A stretch of DNA of 15,658 nt from a bacterium (GTDB lineage Bacteria; BMS3Abin14): assembly GCA_020349685.1 (NCBI GenBank), contig CP070698.1, positions 1,884,429 through 1,900,086 on the forward strand, written 5' to 3'. Positions 1 through 7,226 of this stretch are shown piece by piece. Within the stretch, counting starts at the first letter, position 1; every line of letters starts with the position of its first letter. The position numbers were made by a program, and so were the translations under genes. Under the pieces are notes generated by a model that saw only the letters and a program-made list of their open reading frames with translations, was not told the DNA's origin and ran no database searches.

Positions 1-27
1 GAGGTGATCCGCAGTGAAAGAACCTGA
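1..27 (+). CDS. Possible 3' end of an upstream gene (partial, ...EVIRSERT*)
   Basis: Frame 1 is open from base 1 to TGA at 25-27, which abuts the GGAGG Shine-Dalgarno (28-32) of the next gene. Only 9 codons are visible, so support is weak. Confidence 0.3.
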   Translation, partial: EVIRSERT

Positions 28-38
28 GGAGGGTGCCC

Positions 39-1064
39 ATGTTAATGGCCGGAGTTGATGTCGGATTCGGATTCACCAAGGCTACCGATGGTGAATCCTC
101 AACATTGTTCAAATCCATCATCGGTGAACCTCAACCACGGTCCATGGACAACGATTTTTTCTCCAGTGAAACACTGCCGGGGCTTCACCTGACCCTGGAC
201 GACCGGTCCTATTTCGTCGGTGACCTGGCCGAGTCGGAGTCGAGGGTGCGCCAGTTCACGCTGGACCAGGCGCAGCTCGTCACTCAGCACTTCAAGACCC
301 TCGCTCTCGCGGCCCTGTCCAGGGTACTGCCCAGCCGGGTGCCCTTTAACCTGGTCACGGGACTGCCGGTGGGGTATTTCATGGAGTACAAGGACATCAT
401 TACACGGATCCTGGAGGGCGAACACGCCCTGAAGATACACGACAACCCGCAGGGCAGTGAATATGTCCTTAATATCAACCGTGTCAGGGTCATACCGCAG
501 CCTTACGGAAGCCTTGTTGATTATCTTTTCAGGGAGGACGGCACGGTCCTAAGGGGTGACGCAGCCCGTCAGAAGATAGGGATCGTGGATATCGGTTTTA
601 AAACCACCGATTTCACGGTCTGTAAGGGGTTCCGGCACTCGGAACGCGGCAGCAGGACCACCGACACCGGTATTGCCAAGGCATTCACCTACATCTCCGA
701 AGCCCTCAACGACATGAGCGGGGTCAACGTGGAGATCTACCGCCTGTACGATGCCGTGCGGGAGGGCAGCATCAAGATCAGGGGCGCGGAATACGACCTT
801 ACCAAGGTCAAGGACGAGGTCTTCGGCCGGCTTGCGACGGCAGTCATAAGCGACATGGAGAGGGTATGGGCCGATGACTGGGACCTGGACCTGGTTCTCC
901 TGGCCGGCGGAGGAGGCGAAGCCCTCTTCGAGTATCTCAAGCCGCTGGTGCGCGGTGAACTGGCCCTGCTCAAGACGCAGGAGGATCCGCGCATGGGAAA
1001 CGTCTTCGGGTATGTCAAATATGGTCGTTATTACTATGATTCAACCCCGGCAAAGGAGGTCTGA
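39..1064 (+). CDS. ParM/StbA-family (Alp-type) actin-like ATPase
   Basis: Actin-fold motifs in order: phosphate-1 GVDVGFGFTK, LVTGLP, connect-1 VIPQP, phosphate-2 IVDIGFKTTD, adenosine LAGGGG, connect-2 GNVFGY. ATG at 39 is preferred over GTG at 33 because GGAGG (28-32) lies 6 nt upstream. Confidence 0.88.
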   Translation: MLMAGVDVGFGFTKATDGESSTLFKSIIGEPQPRSMDNDFFSSETLPGLHLTLDDRSYFVGDLAESESRVRQFTLDQAQLVTQHFKTLALAALSRVLPSRVPFNLVTGLPVGYFMEYKDIITRILEGEHALKIHDNPQGSEYVLNINRVRVIPQPYGSLVDYLFREDGTVLRGDAARQKIGIVDIGFKTTDFTVCKGFRHSERGSRTTDTGIAKAFTYISEALNDMSGVNVEIYRLYDAVREGSIKIRGAEYDLTKVKDEVFGRLATAVISDMERVWADDWDLDLVLLAGGGGEALFEYLKPLVRGELALLKTQEDPRMGNVFGYVKYGRYYYDSTPAKEV

Positions 1065-3850
1065 TGAAAGGCAAGGTTTTTCTGTTTTTAGCCTTGCTTC
1101 TGGCCCTGGCCGCCATCCTGGCGCAGTTCTGGCCCCTGGACCGCACTCCGCCGGAGGTCCGTATACAGCCTCCCCCTGGTAAATACAACGAGGAGGTTCA
1201 GGTCACACTTTCAACGGAACCCGGAGCCGATCTGTTCTACGCCCTGGGCGAGGATCAACCCCTGCCTTACCTCGCCCCTCTCAAACTCAGGAAAGACGCT
1301 GTCCTCCGCTATTTTGCGCGCGATCGGTACGGAAACCTCTCCGGCGAGAATGTGGCCATCTACGAGGTGCGCCTCGACACGGTGCCGCCTGTGAGCGCCG
1401 CCTCCCCAAGGGGGGGGAGATATTTTCACCCCGTCTCCGTCCGCCTGCAGACGGAAGAGGGTGGAAGGATCTTTTACACGACCGACGGATCGAAGCCGAC
1501 CAGCGATTCCAGTCTTTACAGGGATCCCGTGGCCCTGAAGAAGGACACAACCCTCCGGTTCTTCGCGGTGGATGACGCGGGCAATGCCGAGGAGGTTCGC
1601 CGGGAAGATTACACCATCAGGCTCGACAGCACGAAACCGGTCACCTTTGCCGAGCCGTCCGGCGGTCTTTTCAGACAGCCGGTCTCAGTCAGCCTCTCGG
1701 CTGAAGAGGGGACCGTGGTTTACTATACCATCGACGGCAGCCGGCCAGGTACGCGATCCCCCAGGTATTCCGAACCCATCCGGTTTGTCCGAAGCGGTGT
1801 CCTCAGGTTCTTTGCCGTGGATGAGGCGGGCAACAGGGAGAACGTCAGGGAGGAAAGCTACGTCATCGATACACAGCCGCCCACGGTAAAAGCAGAACCA
1901 GCGGCAGGCGCCTTTGCCGGGCCGGTCACGGTGGCTCTCAAATCCAGTGAGCGGGGCGCGATCCACTTCGAGATGGGCGACAGCGAGCCGAGCCTGTCCT
2001 CCTCCATGTACAAAAAGCCCCTGAACATAGCCGGGACCACGGTGTTGTCCTATGTCGCCGTGGACATGGCAGGAAACAAAAGTCCTGTCATGAGAAGCGA
2101 ATACGTTATCGACACGGTTCCGCCGGAGGCTGTCCCGAGACCCCCCGGTGGAAAGTACTCCGGCAGGATCCGCGTCAAGATCGAATCCTCGGAGCCTGCC
2201 GACATCTTTTACACGATGGACGGTACCACTCCCTCCACAGGCTCTTCGCCTTACAAGGGGCCCATAACCATCAACGAGAACACGACCCTGTCCTACATCG
2301 CCGTGGACGAAGTGGGCAACCGCAGCGCTCCCGGAAGTCAGGACTACATCCTCGACAGCACACCACCGAAGACGAAAGCGGACCCGCCGGGAGGTACCTT
2401 CTCGGGAGAGGTCACCGTCAGCCTCCTGGGGGAGAAGGGTTCTGTCATACGCTACACCCTGGACGGAATAACCCCCACCGAGGCCTCCACCGTATACGAA
2501 AAGCCCCTGCGCCTTGCAAAGGACACCCAGCTGAAATTTTACGCCACCGACGGGTCCGGAAACAGGGAAGAGGTCAGGGCGGAGAAGTACTCCTTCGATA
2601 CGAAACCGCCCTCGACAAAGATCGAGCCACCGCCGGGCTCTTACAACAAGCCTGTCAGCGTGACCCTTATCTCCGAAAAGACGGGCAGGATCTTTCTTCG
2701 CAGAGCCGGGCAGAAGGATTTTACCCCTTACAGCGGACCTTTCGTCATTGACAGGACGGAGAAACTCTCCTTCTACTCCCTCGACGATGCCGGCAACAGG
2801 GAAGCTTCGCAGGTGGCCGAGTTCGTGATAGACACGCAGCCGCCAAATACGGTGCCCTATCCGGCGCCGGGACAATACAACCCACCCATTACCCTCGAAC
2901 TGAGGACAGAGGCCAACGCGACGATCCATTACACCCTGGACGGCACCCAGCCCTCGGAAAACTCCCCGAAATACATGGTGCCCCTGTCCCTGCGTGACAA
3001 TGTCACCGTGAAATTTTTCGCTGTCGACAGCGCAGGAAACAGGGAACGGGCCAAGACCGCCGCCTACACCGTCGCGAGTGGAATCTGGCGTGACAACTCC
3101 AACGGTGTCTTCATCCATCCGAGCGTCATCGATGGCGATCTTCTCTGGGTCGGGGGAGAGGAAGGGCTTTTCAGGGTCCACATCGACACAAAAAAGAGGA
3201 GGAACTACACCACCTCCGATGGCCTGATCAGCAATTCGGTGAGAGCTATCGCCGTGGACCGGCTCGGCTTCAAGTGGATCGGTACCGACAAGGGAGTGTC
3301 CCAGTTCGACGGTAAGAGCAACTGGGTGACCTACGATTACAGCGACGGTCTTCCGAGCAACTTTATCAATTGCGTCGTTATCGACCCCCTTGACAACATC
3401 TGGTTCGGTACCGACAAGGGGCTGGCCATGTACGACCGCAAGAAATTCACGGTCTGGACCACAAAACAGGGCCTCCCCGACGACAACGTGACCTCCCTGG
3501 CCATTGACGCGGACGGTGTGTTCTGGATCGGGACATCGAAGGGTCTCCTCCGGCGGGAGGGGAAGGTACAGAAGCTTTTCACCGCGTCCGACGGACTGCC
3601 GTCAGACAGGATCCTCTCGGTCGCTGTGGATGGCAGCTGGAACATCTGGGTGGGTACCGAGGATCGGGGTGTGGCCAGGTATGACGGGAGGAAGTGGGTC
3701 CTGTACACCGACAAAGAGGGGATGCCCCGCGTCTCTGTGAGGGTCATCGTGGCAGACCTGGCTGAAAATAAGTGGTTCGGCACCGATTCGGGCGTTTTCA
3801 AGTTCGACAGCAGGGTGTTCACGCGATCGGAGACGGAAATATATAGATAA
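1064..3850 (+). CDS. Exported or membrane-anchored protein with 8 tandem chitobiase/beta-hexosaminidase C-terminal (Fn3-associated, Ig-like) repeats and a C-terminal Reg_prop-type beta-propeller
   Basis: N-terminus MKGK followed by a hydrophobic stretch. Eight ~80-aa repeats with consensus DTxPP...P.GG.Y...V.L...I.YT.DG..P....Y..P.....L.F.AVD.AGN (about residues 26-670). Six blades of type GLP.N.V..I..D..G..W.GT..G. TGATG overlap with the upstream stop; AAGGAGGT at 1053-1060. Confidence 0.88.
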   Translation: MKGKVFLFLALLLALAAILAQFWPLDRTPPEVRIQPPPGKYNEEVQVTLSTEPGADLFYALGEDQPLPYLAPLKLRKDAVLRYFARDRYGNLSGENVAIYEVRLDTVPPVSAASPRGGRYFHPVSVRLQTEEGGRIFYTTDGSKPTSDSSLYRDPVALKKDTTLRFFAVDDAGNAEEVRREDYTIRLDSTKPVTFAEPSGGLFRQPVSVSLSAEEGTVVYYTIDGSRPGTRSPRYSEPIRFVRSGVLRFFAVDEAGNRENVREESYVIDTQPPTVKAEPAAGAFAGPVTVALKSSERGAIHFEMGDSEPSLSSSMYKKPLNIAGTTVLSYVAVDMAGNKSPVMRSEYVIDTVPPEAVPRPPGGKYSGRIRVKIESSEPADIFYTMDGTTPSTGSSPYKGPITINENTTLSYIAVDEVGNRSAPGSQDYILDSTPPKTKADPPGGTFSGEVTVSLLGEKGSVIRYTLDGITPTEASTVYEKPLRLAKDTQLKFYATDGSGNREEVRAEKYSFDTKPPSTKIEPPPGSYNKPVSVTLISEKTGRIFLRRAGQKDFTPYSGPFVIDRTEKLSFYSLDDAGNREASQVAEFVIDTQPPNTVPYPAPGQYNPPITLELRTEANATIHYTLDGTQPSENSPKYMVPLSLRDNVTVKFFAVDSAGNRERAKTAAYTVASGIWRDNSNGVFIHPSVIDGDLLWVGGEEGLFRVHIDTKKRRNYTTSDGLISNSVRAIAVDRLGFKWIGTDKGVSQFDGKSNWVTYDYSDGLPSNFINCVVIDPLDNIWFGTDKGLAMYDRKKFTVWTTKQGLPDDNVTSLAIDADGVFWIGTSKGLLRREGKVQKLFTASDGLPSDRILSVAVDGSWNIWVGTEDRGVARYDGRKWVLYTDKEGMPRVSVRVIVADLAENKWFGTDSGVFKFDSRVFTRSETEIYR
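1139..3073 (+). repeat. Intragenic array of 8 Ig-like (CHB_HEX_C/Fn3-associated) domain repeats
   Basis: Repeats begin DRTPP, DTVPP, DSTKP, DTQPP, DTVPP, DSTPP, DTKPP and DTQPP; each contains a D..GN motif. Confidence 0.85.
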
Positions 3851-3855
3851 AAGGC

Positions 3856-3927
3856 CGTGATTAGTGATTCGTAATTAGTGATTCGTAAATTCTTTAACCA
3901 ATCACCAGTCACAAATCACCAATTACG
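3856..3927. repeat. Inverted pair of heptamer tandem repeats (imperfect hairpin)
   Basis: GTGATTA/GTGATTC/GTAATTA/GTGATTC/GTAAATT at 3857-3891, followed by complementary AATCACC/AGTCACA/AATCACC/AATTACG at 3900-3927. Confidence 0.85.
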
Positions 3928-3937
3928 GAGGTAATTT

Positions 3938-4504
3938 ATGGAATTAGCTTGTTCCAATTGCCAGACCAGCTACCGGATAGCGGACGAGAAGGTCCCGGCC
4001 GGGGGAGCGCGGGCCAACTGCCCGTGCTGCGGCCATCTCATCATCATCCCGGGGTCCGGCGTTATGGACAGGTCCGGCAGTCCTCTTATGGGGCCATCGG
4101 GAGCGGATTACGGCCAGACCATGGCATACGATTTTTCAGAAGTGGACCAGAGCCAGACCGAGATCTCCACTTTCCTGGAAAAAATTTCGGGGCAAGAGCC
4201 CTTCCTGGCGGAGGGAGTGGCCCTCTACCTGAGGGACATCCAGACCGGCCGGACTTATCCCCTTCCAGGTGCCCAGACGACCGTCGGCCGCAGTGGAAGC
4301 GACATAAACGTGGACGATCCGGAGGTTTCCAGGAGGCACTGCCTCGTCAGGATTTTCGGAGACCAGGCCGTCGTCGTGGATCTCGAGAGCACCAACGGGA
4401 CCCATGTTCGAGGCAGGAAGGTTCAGACCACCGGAATAGGGTTTTCAGAGCAGTTTACCATCGGCAACACAACCCTTCAGCTGATGAAAAAAGGGGCGGA
4501 GTAG
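3938..4504 (+). CDS. Zinc-ribbon (MJ0042-like) + FHA domain protein
   Basis: CSNC...Y.I.DEKVP..G....CPCCGH zinc ribbon. FHA signature residues GR, SRRH and DLESTNGT. SD GGAGGT at 3927-3932. Confidence 0.9.
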   Translation: MELACSNCQTSYRIADEKVPAGGARANCPCCGHLIIIPGSGVMDRSGSPLMGPSGADYGQTMAYDFSEVDQSQTEISTFLEKISGQEPFLAEGVALYLRDIQTGRTYPLPGAQTTVGRSGSDINVDDPEVSRRHCLVRIFGDQAVVVDLESTNGTHVRGRKVQTTGIGFSEQFTIGNTTLQLMKKGAE

Positions 4505-4519
4505 GTTCTCATCCATTTT

Positions 4520-5893
4520 ATGAAGACGGAAATGCGCTCAGATAAAAACCTCCTCGACAGGAGCGGGATCCTTCCTCCCGGTTTTTCAGACGAGGTTGCC
4601 ACCTTTTCGCGCAACGAGGCATCGGTCTTTTCTCTGCGGTGGAAGGTCTCCATCTCCTTTTCCGTCCTTCTGTTCGTGGTCGTAGGCCTCCTGTTCCTGG
4701 CTTTCATGAGGTTCGAGTGGATCTTCCTGTCCCGCGAGGGGGAGAAGAGAGCCCAGTCCCTTGCCAGTAACCTCGCCGTCAACGCGAGGGACCCGGTTCT
4801 TGCCCAGGACGACCTGAGGCTCGGCCCCATCACCGAATCGATCACTTTAGATGACGACGTCCGATATGCATACCTGATGGATCACCGGTCACGGGTTCTT
4901 TACCATTCCAACACTGAAAAGACGGGCCAGGTCTTCGACAAGGGCGTTCCCATGCCCGAAAGAGGGGTCATCCAGGTGTCGGCGCCCGTGGTTGTAGAGG
5001 GGGTCCAGGTCGGTACAGCCGTCGTGGGTCTGAGCATGAACCACATCACGGATGCCATGAAGTCCACCGCTGTTGGCCTGATCCTTCCCCTGGGCATAGG
5101 AACAGGGTTGGGATTGCTCGGCATCTTTCTGCTGACAGGGGTCCACGTGAGAAGGGTGGAGCTGCTGGAAAAGGCGGTGCAGGCGCTCGGATCGGGCAAC
5201 CTTGATGTCAGGGTTGAAGACCGGAGTATGGACGAGATAGGCCGGCTTTCCAGAGGGTTCAACGGGATGGTCTCCCAGCTTCTAAGGACCAGGAAACAGA
5301 TAGAAAAGAACTTCAAGGAAACCATCAGCGCCCTTGCCGAAGCAGTGGAGGCCAAGGATGCCTACACGAGGGGACATTGCGACAGGGTCGCCAGGATATC
5401 CCTTGCCCTGGCCCAAATGGTGGGCCTCGATATTGAGCGCTGCAAGGAGCTCGAACTTGCTGCGATCCTGCACGACGTGGGAAAGATCGGCGTTCAGGAG
5501 GGCGTTGTCGGAAAGCTCGGGCCGCTGAGCCAGGACGAGACCAGGGACATGAGGTGTCATCCCGACATCGGGGCGCGGATCCTCAGTCCCCTTTCATCCC
5601 TGCAGAAGGTGGGATTGTATATCCGGCACCATCATGAGCACTATGACGGAACCGGTTATCCCGACGGTCTGCAGGGTAGCGCCATCCCTCTTCCGTCGCG
5701 CATCATCCTGCTGGCGGACGCCTTTGACGCCATGATGACCGACAGGCCCTACAGGGCGGCCCTGACAAAAGAGAGGGCCTTTGACAGGATCCGGGAAGGT
5801 CGTGGGAAACAGTTCGATCCACGTCTGGTTGATTATTTCTTCGCATTGGACGAGGATGGCTATGTCGACGCCGTCTATGGCGTGAACCGGTAG
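4520..5893 (+). CDS. Membrane-bound HAMP + HD-GYP cyclic di-GMP phosphodiesterase with a small extracytoplasmic sensor domain
   Basis: Two TM segments (ISFSVLLFVVVGLLFLAF; VGLILPLGIGTGLGLLGIFLL). HAMP domain (GNLDVRV...DEIGRLSRGFNGM). Motifs EAKDAYTRGH, LHDVGKIG, HHEHYDGTGYPDGL, ADAFDAM and RPYR. Exact start uncertain (no clear SD). Confidence 0.92.
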   Translation: MKTEMRSDKNLLDRSGILPPGFSDEVATFSRNEASVFSLRWKVSISFSVLLFVVVGLLFLAFMRFEWIFLSREGEKRAQSLASNLAVNARDPVLAQDDLRLGPITESITLDDDVRYAYLMDHRSRVLYHSNTEKTGQVFDKGVPMPERGVIQVSAPVVVEGVQVGTAVVGLSMNHITDAMKSTAVGLILPLGIGTGLGLLGIFLLTGVHVRRVELLEKAVQALGSGNLDVRVEDRSMDEIGRLSRGFNGMVSQLLRTRKQIEKNFKETISALAEAVEAKDAYTRGHCDRVARISLALAQMVGLDIERCKELELAAILHDVGKIGVQEGVVGKLGPLSQDETRDMRCHPDIGARILSPLSSLQKVGLYIRHHHEHYDGTGYPDGLQGSAIPLPSRIILLADAFDAMMTDRPYRAALTKERAFDRIREGRGKQFDPRLVDYFFALDEDGYVDAVYGVNR

Positions 5894-5916
5894 TGTTTCC
5901 GGAGGGAGGTTGAGCC

Positions 5917-6942
5917 ATCAAGCGTGTCACCGTCCTGTTTATGGCTGTGGTGTGGCTGGGGCTGGCCGGTTGTGCCGCGCTCGAAAAGGGAGCCGGGCAG
6001 CGATCCGAATGTTCGCGGGTCGCGGCCCTTTCCCGTGCGGGTGATCACAAACCCGCCGTGGACGCAGCCCGCGACCTGACAAAAGCCGGCCGATCCTGTC
6101 CCCCTGACATCCAGGAGCTGTTAAGGGGGTCCCGTTCCAGGATCGATGAGGCCGACCTCCACGTGCGCAAGGCCCTGGGCAGCAGAAAGGGTGGCGATCT
6201 CCTCTCGGCCCGGGCCGAGCTTGACCGGGCGCTGGAAATATACCCGAAGTACTACTGGGTGCAGACGCTGAAAAAGAATGTGGAAAGGTCCATCCAGGCG
6301 GAGCTCGACAGCCTGAGGAACGAGGCCAGCTATCTCGAGTCCAGGGGGGACGCCAGGGCCGCCCTTTCACGTATCCGGAGCGCGATAACGCTTTCGCCCG
6401 GGGATGGCGGTCTGGTATCGGAAGCGGCCAGGCTGGAAGATCTCATCGACAGGGAGCAGTCGGAAAAGAGCGTGCGGAAGCTTCTTGACCAGGCCAGGGC
6501 GCATCTTGACGAGGGACGCTTCATTGAGGCGCAGAGGGTTCTGACGAAGGGTGATTCCCTGGTGCTCCTCGGCACCAGAGGGGAGGACCTGCTTGTCGAG
6601 GTTCTCGAACAACGCCGGGAACATATCAGGCAGCGTTATGACGATGCCACGGAAAGGGAAAAAAAGGGCGAGATGGACGCCGCCGCGAACCAGATCCTGT
6701 ATGTCCTTGATCTGACGGTGCCGGGAGAGGCGTTGTCCATCCAGGTCGTCCGTTTCGCGAGGCTCCTCGGGATGAAATTCTACTCTGCAGGCGAGCTTTC
6801 CAGGGCAAGGGAGCTCTGGGCCAAGGCCCTTACCTTGGAGCCAGACAACGCCAAGCTCCTGAGTTATGTCAAGGAGGTTGACACGCGTCTCGAAGATCTG
6901 GACCGTATCAAGAAGGGAGGGAAAGAAGCCGGTGGGGAATGA
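5917..6942 (+). CDS. TPR-like helical-repeat lipoprotein (probable ATC start at 5917; first ATG at 5941)
   Basis: Lipobox LAGC. TPR-like segments (ARAELDRALEIYP, ALSRIRSAITLSP, ARELWAKALTLEPDN). SD GGAGGT at 5905-5910 is 6 nt before an in-frame ATC, giving (M)KRVTVLFMAVVWLGLAGC. Confidence 0.75.
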   Translation: MKRVTVLFMAVVWLGLAGCAALEKGAGQRSECSRVAALSRAGDHKPAVDAARDLTKAGRSCPPDIQELLRGSRSRIDEADLHVRKALGSRKGGDLLSARAELDRALEIYPKYYWVQTLKKNVERSIQAELDSLRNEASYLESRGDARAALSRIRSAITLSPGDGGLVSEAARLEDLIDREQSEKSVRKLLDQARAHLDEGRFIEAQRVLTKGDSLVLLGTRGEDLLVEVLEQRREHIRQRYDDATEREKKGEMDAAANQILYVLDLTVPGEALSIQVVRFARLLGMKFYSAGELSRARELWAKALTLEPDNAKLLSYVKEVDTRLEDLDRIKKGGKEAGGE

Positions 6943-7213
6943 TATCGAGGACCTGGTCAGATCCGCCCGCGATATTCTCTCCGCTTATGGCAGAGATTAT
7001 GCCATCGGGGCGGTCCGGGGCCTGGCCGTGAGGAATATGGTTTCCATTGATACCCCGGAGCCGACGGAGGGTTTCTATCCCATCGTCAAGGTTCACGCCA
7101 TGGCGCTGAGGGAGCTGGAGGAGATCTTTTACGATCACGTGCAATCGGGGGGAGACGAGGGCGGCAGAGAGGAGCTTATCCTGAAACTGGTTGAGGCAAA
7201 GGTTTGGGAGTGA
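6932..7213 (+). CDS. Small hypothetical protein (~93 aa, acidic, probably helical)
   Basis: Fills the gap between the TPR and M23 genes. GTG at 6932 overlaps the upstream gene end; GGAGG at 6916-6920. Natural-looking composition with no recognised motif. Confidence 0.65.
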   Translation: MGNDIEDLVRSARDILSAYGRDYAIGAVRGLAVRNMVSIDTPEPTEGFYPIVKVHAMALRELEEIFYDHVQSGGDEGGREELILKLVEAKVWE

Positions 7214-7226
7214 CAGGGAACCATTT

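Noticed and set aside
39-1064. Calling the actin MreB, MamK or FtsA
   Set aside because: LVTGLP, VIPQP and DIGFKTTD fit ParM/StbA-type proteins; MreB/MamK typically show EP.AA and DIG(G/A)GT. No mreCD, mam or fts genes are adjacent.
1685-3181. 498-aa antisense ORF
   Set aside because: Lies wholly opposite the well-supported repeat protein and has no motifs; typical shadow ORF of GC-rich coding DNA.
3856-3927. Repeats as a parC centromere for the ParM-like actin
   Set aside because: They are 2.8 kb from the actin gene, no ParR is present, and similar heptamer arrays occur in unrelated gaps across the window.
3949-4545. 198-aa alternative-frame ORF over the FHA gene, and the other short overlapping ORFs in the track
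   Set aside because: Arg/Pro/Gly-rich off-frame translations overlapping motif-supported genes.
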